Of a DNA stretch of 64,000 bases, positions 37,778 to 46,910 are shown in pieces. Position 1 is the stretch's first letter. Each line of letters opens with the position of its first letter. Below the pieces are notes generated by a model. That model had not been told where the DNA came from, made no database searches, and saw only the letters and a list, made by a program, of their open reading frames with translations. This stretch comes from Candidatus Fervidifonticultor secundus (lineage in GTDB: Bacteria > Sysuimicrobiota > Sysuimicrobiia > Sysuimicrobiales > Humicultoraceae), in the NCBI GenBank assembly GCA_031459385.1, contig JAVKIP010000012.1, forward strand, positions 1 to 64,000, read 5' to 3'. The position numbers were made by a program, and so were the translations under genes.

Positions 37778-38827
37778 CTAGCGGGCGAACTCCCGGTTCC
37801 AGCGCTCGACGATGGCGGCGCGCCGGGGCACCACCACCGGCCAGTTCACGGTCTGGAGCCGACGCACCTCGCCCAGCGTCGTCGGGATGTACTCGGCGGC
37901 CTCGGACGGCACCGGCACTTTGACGTTGGTGGGCCCGAAGAAGTACGGCTTGGCTGCCGCCCGGGTCTGGTACTCGACGCTCAGGACCCGATCGAGCAGC
38001 TCGTGCGCCAGCTGCGCGTGCTGGCTGCCCCGGAGGATGCTCAGGAACGAGATGATGGCGATGGCGCCCGGCTGCGGCTTGACGAACTTGATCGGCAGGC
38101 CCTTGCTGGCCAGCACGGCTGCGTCGGTGCTCCACAGCGGCCCGACCACGATCTCCTCGCGCTCGAACAGCTGGGCGAGGGCCGTGGGGTTGGGCGCGAT
38201 GACGAACGGCTGCAGCTGCCTGAGCGCCTGCCAGGCCGGGTCCAGGTTCCCCTCGTCGCCGCCGTTGATCTTGGCGGTGGCGACCAGGAACCCCAGGCCC
38301 AGGTTCGAGGCCGTCGACGTGAGCCCCACCTTGCCCCGGTACGCCGGGTCCCAGAGGTCCTTCCACGAGGTGGGGGCCCTGCTGACCCGCCTGCTGTTGT
38401 AGGCGATGCCGATGAGCGAGTAGGTGGCGGGCACGCCATAGCCCTGACTCTTCTCGACGAACGCCTGGTGCACGTGCTTGAGGTTGGGCACCAGGTCGGG
38501 ATTCGTCCGCTCCAGCAGGCCGAGCCCGATCAGGCGCAGGTGCGGCGGCTCCCCGTTCGGCGCCAGGTCCACCGGGGAGGGCCGGCCGGCGGCGACGGCC
38601 GCCTGCACCCGCGCCACGTACTCCCCGGCCTCGTCGGGCACCAGCCGCACGCGCGTGCCGGGATGCGCGCGCTCGAACGGCTCCACCAGGAAGAACCGGT
38701 GCGGCTCCTGGGACGGCCCTGCATAGCTGATCATTACGATCTCGCCGCCCTGGCCTCGCGCCGGCGGCGTCCCCACTGCGCCGGCGATGGCGACGACGCC
38801 CAGCACCAGCAGCGCGCTCTGCCTCAT
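37778..38827 (-). CDS. ABC substrate-binding protein PotD/PotF-like (set 1)
   Basis: GGAGG RBS, signal peptide; YNS..V..APTSWKDLW and PYFFGPTN. Confidence 0.88.
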   Translation of the reverse strand: MRQSALLVLGVVAIAGAVGTPPARGQGGEIVMISYAGPSQEPHRFFLVEPFERAHPGTRVRLVPDEAGEYVARVQAAVAAGRPSPVDLAPNGEPPHLRLIGLGLLERTNPDLVPNLKHVHQAFVEKSQGYGVPATYSLIGIAYNSRRVSRAPTSWKDLWDPAYRGKVGLTSTASNLGLGFLVATAKINGGDEGNLDPAWQALRQLQPFVIAPNPTALAQLFEREEIVVGPLWSTDAAVLASKGLPIKFVKPQPGAIAIISFLSILRGSQHAQLAHELLDRVLSVEYQTRAAAKPYFFGPTNVKVPVPSEAAEYIPTTLGEVRRLQTVNWPVVVPRRAAIVERWNREFAR

Positions 38828-39669
38828 CCGACTCCCTCCTCCACGGGGGGCGATAATCCGCCGCCCCTGCGGTCGTCTGACGCGCGGGTCCCGATGAACC
38901 GGAACACGTTGGCCACAAACCGGAACCGATCGCCGCGGAAGATGGCGTCGGTGGCCTCGATGGGCACGTCGCCTTCCAGGAACGTCATGCCCTCCAGGCG
39001 GAACAGCGGCGCGCCCCGGGGCACCTCCAGCAGTCGGGCGAGCCGGCTGGTGGCGACGATGGGCGAAATCCACCGCTCCTCGCGGAACAGGTGCAGCCCC
39101 AGGGTGTTCTCCAGCACGTCGTAGAACGACGCGTGCTCCAGCGGGAGCTGCGCCAGGCGGCGGCCGACGGCCTCGGGGAAGAGCGAGGTCGCCATGCACG
39201 CCGGCATGCCGTCCACGAAGCGCAGGCGGGTGATACGGACGTACCGGGTGGGCTCATCGGGCGCGCGGCCGAACCGCTGATTCAGGGTCGGAGTGCCGGC
39301 GATCTCCTGGATGCCCAGGATCCGCGAGCGCACCACCAGCCCCTGCCGGGCCATCTCGCGGGTGAACGAGACCAGGTTGGTGAGACGGCGCTCGATGGGC
39401 GGCCCGGTCACGAACGTGCCCTTGCCCTGCATGCGGGTGACGATGCCATCTCGCGCCAGGTCGTGGAGCGCCTTGGTCACGGTGATGTGGCTGACGCCGA
39501 AACGCTCGCAGAGGTCCTGCGTGGGCGGCAGGCGATCCCCCGGGCGCAGGAGGCCGGTGGCGATCATGCCCGTGATGGACTGCTTGATCTGCTCGTAGAG
39601 GGGCCGGCCGATGCCGCGCTTCAACGACGGCTGTGGGCTGCCAGTGGACACTGATGCGCCTGTTGCCAT
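38824..39669 (-). CDS. GntR family regulator, HutC/UTRA type (FrlR/DasR-like)
   Basis: PLYEQIK, GDRLP...L.ERFGVS.ITV.KAL, QGKGTFV, SFT.EM and FRGDRF. Confidence 0.92.
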   Translation of the reverse strand: MATGASVSTGSPQPSLKRGIGRPLYEQIKQSITGMIATGLLRPGDRLPPTQDLCERFGVSHITVTKALHDLARDGIVTRMQGKGTFVTGPPIERRLTNLVSFTREMARQGLVVRSRILGIQEIAGTPTLNQRFGRAPDEPTRYVRITRLRFVDGMPACMATSLFPEAVGRRLAQLPLEHASFYDVLENTLGLHLFREERWISPIVATSRLARLLEVPRGAPLFRLEGMTFLEGDVPIEATDAIFRGDRFRFVANVFRFIGTRASDDRRGGGLSPPVEEGVG

Positions 39670-39686
39670 GTTTATATGTCAACATG
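39667..39686. promoter_or_regulatory. AT-rich palindrome, probable GntR/HutC-type operator over the regulator start
   Basis: CATGTT-tatatgtc-AACATG in a GC-rich background; contains minus-strand TTGACA. Confidence 0.65.
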
Positions 39687-39739
39687 AAAACTTCGGTACT
39701 GCACTTCCCCGGACCTGGTCCGATCTCCTTCTCTGCCGG

Positions 39740-41116
39740 TCAGGTTGCGCCGTGCGGGCTGGACGGGCCGGCGTGTAGCCACTGGCCGGCGGGCGCGCCC
39801 GTCACCGCGCCGTCGCGCACCACCGTCCGGCCGCGCACCAGGACCCGCTCGACCCAGCCCTGCAGCTCGCGGCCGACGAACGGCGACTGCCGGTGTCGGG
39901 ACTGCAGCCAGGCCGCCTCCACCCGCCAGCGCCGGTCCAGGTCCACGAGCACGAGATCGGCGTCGGCCCCGACCTGGATGGCGCCCTTGCGCGGCCATAG
40001 GCCGGCGATCCTGGCGGGGTTCGCCGACAGGAGCGCCGCGAGCTGCTCGAGGGACAGGTGGCGACGGTGGTGGCCCTCGGTCAGCATCAGGGGAAGGAGG
40101 GTCTGCACGCCCGTGATCCCGCCCCACGCCTGCCAGACGTCGTCGGCGCCGCGCGTCTTGTCTTCCACCGGACATGGAGAGTGGTCGGAGGTGATGCAGT
40201 CGATCTTCCCGGCGGCCACCGCCTCCCACAGGCCCTGCTGGCGCGCCGCATCCCTCAGCGGCGGCGCGCACTTGGCCACCGGACCCAGGCGCACGAAGTC
40301 CTCCTCCGTCAGCGCCAGGTAATGGGCGCAGGTTTCGACGGTGACCGCCTGGCCCGCGGCGCGCGCGGCGCCGATCAGTTCCGCGCCCTCGGGAAGGCTC
40401 ATGTGGACGATGTGCAGCCGGCACCCGGCCTGCCGCGCCAGGAACAGGGCGCGGTGGATCGCCTCCAGCTCGGCCACGGGCGGCCGCGCCTCGCCCCAGG
40501 CCCGACGATCGCGGCGTCCCGAAGCCTGCAGCCGGCGGGTGCGGTCCTGCGTGATCGCGTTGCTCTCGGCGTGCACGGCCAGGAACCGGCCCAGCGCTGC
40601 CAGCCGCTGCAAGCCGTCGAAGAGCACGCCGTCCTCGACGTGGGTGAACTCCTCGGTGCTGCTGTGGCTCATGAACGCCTTGAACCCGATCACCCCCGCG
40701 CCGGCGAGGGCGGTCAGGTGGTCGCGGTTGTCGGTGATCAGCCCGCCCCAGAGCGCATAGTCCACCATGGACTGCCCCGCAGCCGCAGCGAGCTTGGCCT
40801 GCAGGGCGTCGACGGTGGTAACCGGGGGCAGGCAGTTCAGGGGCATCTCGACCACGGTCGTCACCCCGCCGGCGGCGGCGGCGCGGCTGCCCGGCCCCCA
40901 GCCCTCCCAGTGCGTGCGGCCCGGGTCGTTGAAGTGTACGTGCAGGTCCACAGCGCCGGGCAGGACGACGCGGCCTGCCGCGTCGATCACCTCGTCGCCA
41001 TCGAGGAGACCCTCGGCGATGGCAGCGATGCGCCCGCCGGTGACGCCGAGGGTGGCCGAGATCACGCCAGAGGGCAGCACAAGCCGCCCGCCCCGGACGA
41101 CGAGGTCGTAGCCCAT
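39740..41116 (-). CDS. allB: Allantoinase (metal-dependent cyclic amidohydrolase)
   Basis: DLHVHFNDPGRTHWEG, EMPLN, GFKAF, HAES, HIVH, ETCAHYL, KCAPPLR and SDHSP; purine cluster context. Confidence 0.9.
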   Translation of the reverse strand: MGYDLVVRGGRLVLPSGVISATLGVTGGRIAAIAEGLLDGDEVIDAAGRVVLPGAVDLHVHFNDPGRTHWEGWGPGSRAAAAGGVTTVVEMPLNCLPPVTTVDALQAKLAAAAGQSMVDYALWGGLITDNRDHLTALAGAGVIGFKAFMSHSSTEEFTHVEDGVLFDGLQRLAALGRFLAVHAESNAITQDRTRRLQASGRRDRRAWGEARPPVAELEAIHRALFLARQAGCRLHIVHMSLPEGAELIGAARAAGQAVTVETCAHYLALTEEDFVRLGPVAKCAPPLRDAARQQGLWEAVAAGKIDCITSDHSPCPVEDKTRGADDVWQAWGGITGVQTLLPLMLTEGHHRRHLSLEQLAALLSANPARIAGLWPRKGAIQVGADADLVLVDLDRRWRVEAAWLQSRHRQSPFVGRELQGWVERVLVRGRTVVRDGAVTGAPAGQWLHAGPSSPHGAT

Positions 41117-41156
41117 CACGCTGCCGTCCTCAGGCGCGCCCGCATCAGGGCACCCT

Positions 41157-41220
41157 GGCACCAGGGCTCACGGGCGCAAGGGCTCACCGGCACAAGGGCT
41201 CACGGACGCCAGGGCTCACG
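41157..41220. repeat. 4 x 16-bp imperfect tandem repeat
   Basis: GGCACCAGGGCTCACG, GGCGCAAGGGCTCACC, GGCACAAGGGCTCACG, GACGCCAGGGCTCACG; a degenerate fifth copy at 41141-41156. Confidence 0.9.
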
Positions 41221-43621
41221 TCTCGCCCATCAGCTCGCCCTGGCCCGCGGCCAGGCCGGCCAGCTTCGGGATCGGGATGGGCCAGGGGACATCAGGCGCC
41301 GGCGGCGGGCCTCCAGAGGCGGCCGGCGGACTGAGCCCGACCAGGTCGTCGGGCCGCACGGGCACGCGGTTGAGGGTGCGGCCGGTGGCGTCGCGCAGCG
41401 CGGCCACGATCGCCGCGGTCGAGACGACGGTGGACGGCTCCCCCACCCCCTTGGCGCCGAACGGCACGCCGGGCTCGGGCTCTTCCACCAGCACGCTGAT
41501 CACCGGCGGCATGTCGAGGATGGTGGGGATCAGGTAGTCGGTGAACGAGGCGTTGCGGATCACCCCGTCGCGCAGCTGGAGCTCCTCCATGAGCGCCAGG
41601 CCCAGGCCCTGCGCCGTACCGCCCTCGATCTGCCCCAGGACGGCCTGGGGGTTGAGAGCGCGGCCGACGTCCTGCGCGGCCGCGATCTGCACCACGCGCA
41701 CCAGGCCCAACTCCAGATCGACGTCGACCACGGCCCGCTGCGCCGCGAACGCGAACGTCACGTGCGGGGAGCCCTGGCCCCGGCGGTCCAGGGGCGTGGT
41801 ACGCCGGTGATGGTAGGTGCGGGTGGCCGCGAGGGGTTCGTCGAGGAACGCGGCGATTGGCGCCAGCGGCGCATCCCCAGCCAGGACCATGCCGTCGGCG
41901 AGGGCCAAGTCGGCCGGCGCCGCGCGGCCCTCCGCCTCGAGCCGCGCGCGGACGCGCTGGAAGAGGCCCTCGCGTACCGCCTGACAGGCCAGCTGGACCG
42001 CCCCGCCGGACATCATCGTCTGGCGCGATGCGGAACTGGAGCCGGCCGAGCCGATCCAGGTGTCGGCGGGGTGCAGGACGACGTGTTCTACCCCCAGTTC
42101 GGTCCGCGCGATCTGCGCCAGGATCGTGTGCACGCCCTGGCCGAGCTCGGCGGCCGCCGTGCGGATCTCGACCACCGGCCCGGCGGAGCCGGCGAAGAGC
42201 GTCACCCGCGCCTGGGCGGCGTCGTCGAAGCCCTCGCTGTAGGCGATGTTCTTGTACCCCACGGCGATGCCGACCCCGCGGCGCACGCTCTCGCCGCGCG
42301 AGACGCCGCCGGCGCCGCCGGGCAGCGCCAGGGGATCCGGGCAGCTGGCCGCCGGTGGGTCCTCCGGCAGCGGGATCGCCATCACCCGCTCGATGAGCTC
42401 GCGGACGGGTGCGCTGCCCTGGACGACCTGGCCGGTCGGCAGCACCGAGCCCGTTCGCAGCGCGTTGCGCAGGCGCAGGGCCACCGGGTCCAGGCCGAGC
42501 GCCCGGGCCAGTCTGTCCATCTGGGCCTCGTGGGCGACGCACACTTGCACCGCGCCGAAGCCGCGCATCGCCCCACACGGCGGGTTGTGGGTGTAGACGG
42601 CCGTGCCCTCGATGAGCGCGTTCGGCACCTCGTAGGGACCGGCGGCGAACGTCGAGGCGTTGCCGATCACCGCCGCCGACGACGACGCGTAGGCGCCGCC
42701 ATCGATCAGGATGCGCGCGTGGACGCACACCAGCCTGCCGTCACGGGTCGCGCCGTGCCGCATCCAGATCCGCGCGGGGTGCCGGTGCACGTGGCCGAAG
42801 AACGACTCCTGGCGGCTGTACGACATCTTGACCGGGCGGCCCGTGCGCAGCGCCAGCAGGCACGCGTGGATGTGCATGCTGACGTCCTCGCGGGCCCCGA
42901 AGGCGCCACCCACCCCCGCCAGGTGCAGGCGGACCTTCTCTAGCGGCAGGCCCAGACACGGCGCGATCTGGTGGCGGTCGACGTGCAGCCACTGCGTCGC
43001 CACGTAGAGGTCCACGCCGCCGTCGGCCGCCGGCATCGCCAGCCCGGCCTCGGGCCCCAGCGGCGCCTGATCCTGCACCCCCATCTCGTAGTAGCCCTCG
43101 ACCCACACCTCTGCCGGTGCCGCGGGGTCGCCGTGCTCGATGCGAATGTGCCGCAGGACGTTGCCGAAGTCGTGCACCCGTGGCGCGTCGGCCCGCAGCG
43201 CCTGCTCCATGTCGGTGACGGCCGGGAGCACCTCGTACTCGACGACGATGCGCTCGGCGGCCCGGCGCGCCGTCTCCAGGTCTGCGGCCGCCAGCACCGC
43301 GACCGGCTCGCCGGCGAAGCGCACCCGGTCCCAGGCCAGGACCGGCTGGTCTGCGAACTCGAGCCCGTAGGTCTTCTTGCCCGGCACGTCGGCGGCCAGG
43401 AGCACCGCCGCCACCCCGGGGGCGGCCAGGGCCCCGGAGATGTCGATCGACCGGATCCGCGCGTGCGGGTGCGGGCTGCGCACCGTGTAGCCCCACAGCA
43501 TGCCCTCGGCCCACAGGTCGCTGGCGTAGAGGAACTGGCCCCGGACCTTGGGGACGCCGTCGATGCGGCGCGCGCTGGTCCCGACACCACCGCGGGTGGC
43601 GGCAACGGTCCGCACCGTCAT
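41216..43621 (-). CDS. pucD: Xanthine dehydrogenase molybdopterin-binding subunit (PucD/XdhB-like)
   Basis: RSPHPHARI, GGAFGARE, AMRGFG, ELGQG, SSASRQT, GQIEGG.AQG.G and AKGVGE (catalytic Glu). Confidence 0.9.
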   Translation of the reverse strand: MTVRTVAATRGGVGTSARRIDGVPKVRGQFLYASDLWAEGMLWGYTVRSPHPHARIRSIDISGALAAPGVAAVLLAADVPGKKTYGLEFADQPVLAWDRVRFAGEPVAVLAAADLETARRAAERIVVEYEVLPAVTDMEQALRADAPRVHDFGNVLRHIRIEHGDPAAPAEVWVEGYYEMGVQDQAPLGPEAGLAMPAADGGVDLYVATQWLHVDRHQIAPCLGLPLEKVRLHLAGVGGAFGAREDVSMHIHACLLALRTGRPVKMSYSRQESFFGHVHRHPARIWMRHGATRDGRLVCVHARILIDGGAYASSSAAVIGNASTFAAGPYEVPNALIEGTAVYTHNPPCGAMRGFGAVQVCVAHEAQMDRLARALGLDPVALRLRNALRTGSVLPTGQVVQGSAPVRELIERVMAIPLPEDPPAASCPDPLALPGGAGGVSRGESVRRGVGIAVGYKNIAYSEGFDDAAQARVTLFAGSAGPVVEIRTAAAELGQGVHTILAQIARTELGVEHVVLHPADTWIGSAGSSSASRQTMMSGGAVQLACQAVREGLFQRVRARLEAEGRAAPADLALADGMVLAGDAPLAPIAAFLDEPLAATRTYHHRRTTPLDRRGQGSPHVTFAFAAQRAVVDVDLELGLVRVVQIAAAQDVGRALNPQAVLGQIEGGTAQGLGLALMEELQLRDGVIRNASFTDYLIPTILDMPPVISVLVEEPEPGVPFGAKGVGEPSTVVSTAAIVAALRDATGRTLNRVPVRPDDLVGLSPPAASGGPPPAPDVPWPIPIPKLAGLAAGQGELMGET

Positions 43622-45015
43622 GCGACTGCGCTCCCCGCGCGGGTCCAAATAGCGCGGCTGACCCGCCGCCCCTCCGCCGCGATGGCCACCTCGTCGGCGG
43701 TGACCAGACAGAAGTCGCGCACCACGGCGCGACCGTCGACCAACAGGTGCTTGACGCGCCCGGGCGCGCAGTAGACCAGGGCCGCCACCGGATCGCGCTC
43801 GCCGCCGGTGTGCGCCAGGTCGGAGACGCTGAAGAGGGCCACGTCCGCCCGCCGGCCGGGCGTCAGCGCGCCGATGTCGTCGCGCCCCAGGCACGCCGCG
43901 CCGCCCCGGGTGGCGATGCGCAGTACCTCACGGGCGTCCAGCCACCGCTCGCCGGCGGCCCGCGAGACCAGCAGCCCCATCCGCGCCTCGGCGATCAAGC
44001 TCCCGCTGTCGTTGGACGCCGACCCGTCCACGCCGAGTCCCACGGGGACGCCGGCCTCCAGCAGTGCGCGCGCCGGCGCGATCCCCGACCCCAGGCGCAG
44101 GTTCGAGGTCGGGCACCAGGCCGCGCCGGTCTGCGTGGCGCCAAGACGCGCAGCGCCGGCGCCCACGTGCACGCAGTGCGCCAGCCACACGTCTCCCCCC
44201 AGCCACCCCCAGGCGTCCAGCAGCTCCAGCGGCCTGCGCCCGAACCTCTGCACGCAGTAGTCATCTTCGTCGCGGGTCTCGGCGATGTGCGTGTGCAGGC
44301 GCACGCCCAGGCGCCGGGCCATCGCGGCGGCCTCCTGCATCAGCCGGGGCGTCACCGAGAACGGCGAGCAGGGTGCGATCGCCATCTGCAGCATGGCGCC
44401 CGGCGCGCGCTGGTGATAGCGGCGCACCGCCGCCTCGATCTGCGCCAGGATCTCGTCGGTGTCCTGGACGATCTCGTCCGGCGGGAGCCCGCCCCGGGAG
44501 GCACCGAGATCCATAGCGCCGCGGCAGGGATGGAACCGCACGCCGAGCTCGCGCGCCGCGGCGATCTCGGCCTCCAGCACGTCGAATCCGTCGCTGCCGG
44601 CGGGGAAGACGTAGTGGTGGTCCGTGGTCGTCGCGCAGCCGGAGGTGGCGAGCTCCGCCAGCCCCACGCGGGCGGCGGCGTAGACCCACGCCGCGTCCAG
44701 GCCGGCCCAGATCGGGTAGAGCAGCCGCAGCCAGCCGAAGAGCCCCCGGTCGGTGGCGCAGGCGCGGGTCAGGGTCTGGTACAGGTGGTGGTGCGCGTTG
44801 ACCAGGCCGGGCAACGCCACGCAGCCGCGGCCGTCGAGCCGCTCGAGCGCTCCGGTGTCGGCGCCGGACGGCCCGAGCACCTCGGCGGGCGGCGCGCCAG
44901 CGCCGACCCAGACGATCGCGCCGTCGTCTGCGAGGATCGAGCCGCCGGGGATCTCGGTGCCGGCGTCGTCCATCGTCACGACCACGTCGCATTCCTCGAT
45001 CAGCAGGCGCCCCAT
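43618..45015 (-). CDS. 8-oxoguanine deaminase-like amidohydrolase
   Basis: HHHLYQTLTRA, LFGWL..LYPIW, DHHYVFP, APCSPFSV, HTHIAET, CPTSNLRLGSG and GVDGSASND. Confidence 0.88.
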   Translation of the reverse strand: MGRLLIEECDVVVTMDDAGTEIPGGSILADDGAIVWVGAGAPPAEVLGPSGADTGALERLDGRGCVALPGLVNAHHHLYQTLTRACATDRGLFGWLRLLYPIWAGLDAAWVYAAARVGLAELATSGCATTTDHHYVFPAGSDGFDVLEAEIAAARELGVRFHPCRGAMDLGASRGGLPPDEIVQDTDEILAQIEAAVRRYHQRAPGAMLQMAIAPCSPFSVTPRLMQEAAAMARRLGVRLHTHIAETRDEDDYCVQRFGRRPLELLDAWGWLGGDVWLAHCVHVGAGAARLGATQTGAAWCPTSNLRLGSGIAPARALLEAGVPVGLGVDGSASNDSGSLIAEARMGLLVSRAAGERWLDAREVLRIATRGGAACLGRDDIGALTPGRRADVALFSVSDLAHTGGERDPVAALVYCAPGRVKHLLVDGRAVVRDFCLVTADEVAIAAEGRRVSRAIWTRAGSAVA

Positions 45016-45023
45016 CGCCGCCG

Positions 45024-45509
45024 CTAGCCCTCCGGCCCGGCGGCCGTCGCCCGCATCCGCGCTGCGGCCAGGCGCACTGCGTCCAGGATCTTCGCGTAGC
45101 CGGTGCAGCGGCAGAGATTGCCGGCCAGGGCTTCGCGAATCGTGGGCTCGTCGGGCGCCGGGACGCGCTGGAGCAGATCCACCGTGGCGACGACGAGCCC
45201 GGGGGTGCAGAAGCCGCACTGCACCGCGCCGGCCTCCAGGAACGCTTCCTGGACCGGGTGCAACGCGCCTTCGGGCGCGAGTCCCTCTATGGTGCGGACG
45301 TCGCGCTCGTGCGCCTGCGCGGCCAGCACCAGGCACGCGCACACCAGCTCGCCGTCCAGCCATACCGAGCACGAGCCGCACTCGCCCTGCTCGCAGGCGT
45401 TCTTGGACCCGGGCAGCCCCAGCACGTCGCGCAGCAGGGTGAGCAGGCTCGCGCCCGGCCACACCTGGCCCGTCCGCCACTCGCCGTTGACGCGCGTGCG
45501 GATCAGCAC
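45024..45509 (-). CDS. Xanthine dehydrogenase [2Fe-2S] subunit (PucE/CoxS-like)
   Basis: CEQGECGSC...C and QCGFC...NLCRCTGY. Confidence 0.93.
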   Translation of the reverse strand: MLIRTRVNGEWRTGQVWPGASLLTLLRDVLGLPGSKNACEQGECGSCSVWLDGELVCACLVLAAQAHERDVRTIEGLAPEGALHPVQEAFLEAGAVQCGFCTPGLVVATVDLLQRVPAPDEPTIREALAGNLCRCTGYAKILDAVRLAAARMRATAAGPEG

Positions 45510-46384
45510 GACGCCTCTCCCCGCCTGCGGTCGGCCAGCATCCACTGCCACGCGCGCCGCGCCAGCACCGCGCAGGCCCACCGGCGGTAGGCCGCGGTCC
45601 CACGGACGTCATCGATCGGCCGCGCGGCCGCCGCGACCCGCTCCCCGAACTCCTCCGCGGCCAGCGGTGCCACCGCGGCCGCCGGATCGTCCCACCAGCC
45701 GGCGGCGGCCAGCGCCTGCTCCGCGTAGCCTTCGGCGTCGCGGGCGCGCAGGATCGTCGGCCCCACCGAGCCGAGGGCCACCCGGATCCGCCGCCGGTCC
45801 ACGTCGGCGACCAGGCACAGACTGGCCACGGCGATGACCATGGCGTTGCGGGGCCCGACCTTGGCGAAGGAGCCCGGCCCGCGTACCGGGCGCCAGCGCG
45901 CGCCGAGGATGAGCTCGTCGGGCGCGAGCGTGGTGCGCTTGGGGCCCACCAGGAAGTCGTGCCAGGGGACGGTGCGGCGCTGCCCGCCTGCCCGGACCAG
46001 CACGACCTCGGCGTCACAGGCGGCGAGCACCGGCAGGGTGTCGCCGGCGGGCGATGCCGTGCCCAGGTTGCCGCCGATCGTCCCGCGGTTGCGGATCTGC
46101 GGCGAGCCCACGGTACGCGCCGCCTGGACCAGCGGGCGGATCGTCGTCAGCTCGCGCAGCATCTGGCTGTACGTGACGCCCGCGCCCACGAAGCAGGCAT
46201 CGTCGTCGCAGCGCCAGACCCGCAGCTCCTCCAGCCGCGACACGTCCAGCAGCAGCGGCGGCCGGCGCCGGTCGAAGTTCAACTCGACCATCAGGTCGGT
46301 ACCGCCGGCGATGGGCACAGCCTCGGGCCGGCGTGCTTTGACCTCGAGGGCCTCCTCCAGCGTCCGCGCCAGATACACATCCAT
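45503..46384 (-). CDS. Xanthine dehydrogenase FAD-binding subunit (PucC/CoxM-like)
   Basis: IAGGTDL, VGSPQIRNRGTIGGNL..ASPAGD and PIDDVRGTA.YR. Confidence 0.92.
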   Translation of the reverse strand: MDVYLARTLEEALEVKARRPEAVPIAGGTDLMVELNFDRRRPPLLLDVSRLEELRVWRCDDDACFVGAGVTYSQMLRELTTIRPLVQAARTVGSPQIRNRGTIGGNLGTASPAGDTLPVLAACDAEVVLVRAGGQRRTVPWHDFLVGPKRTTLAPDELILGARWRPVRGPGSFAKVGPRNAMVIAVASLCLVADVDRRRIRVALGSVGPTILRARDAEGYAEQALAAAGWWDDPAAAVAPLAAEEFGERVAAAARPIDDVRGTAAYRRWACAVLARRAWQWMLADRRRGEASC

Positions 46385-46517
46385 GGTCAGATGCTCGGGA
46401 ATTCCACGGCCGCGCGCCGTGCCTCCTGCCGGCGGTGCCCGAGGGAGGCGATGCCACCCCGGCGAACAGTCCCCGCACGCCCGCATCGCGGCTCGCGGGC
46501 GGTCCGGGAGCGCCGCC

Positions 46518-46910
46518 GTGGTCCAGAAAGAGATCGAGTTGATCCTGATGCGCCAGCTGGCGGCGTCTCTCGCCACGCCCATCTTCGTGGTGGATCGCGC
46601 GGGCACGCTGGTGTACTTCAACGAACCTGCGGAGGCGCTGCTGGGGCGGCGCTACGACGAGGCGGGCGAGATGCCCTTCGAGGAGTGGTCCACGATCTTC
46701 ACGCCGCGGGACGACACTGGCGCGCGGCTGCCCCCGGAAGTGCTGCCGCTGGCGATCGCCCTGCGCGCGCGGCGGCCGGCACACCGGGGCATCCACATCA
46801 CCGGCCTGGACGGCGTGGACCGGCAGATCGAGGTGGTTGCGTTCCCGCTGGAGGGCCAGGCCGGACGCCACCTGGGCGCGGTGGCCATCTTCTGGGAGCG
46901 CGCGCCGTGA
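46518..46910 (+). CDS. Stand-alone PAS domain protein
   Basis: GGGAG RBS; PIFVVD..G.LVYFNEPAE.LLG PAS pattern; 130 aa with no output domain. Confidence 0.85.
   Translation: MVQKEIELILMRQLAASLATPIFVVDRAGTLVYFNEPAEALLGRRYDEAGEMPFEEWSTIFTPRDDTGARLPPEVLPLAIALRARRPAHRGIHITGLDGVDRQIEVVAFPLEGQAGRHLGAVAIFWERAP

Noticed and set aside
25372..39686. The nested operon as a mobile genomic island
   Set aside because: No integrase, transposase, tRNA or flanking direct repeats seen, and no obvious compositional shift.
41141..41220. Tandem repeat as a mini-CRISPR
   Set aside because: Units are 16 bp and contiguous with no unique spacers, and there are no cas genes.
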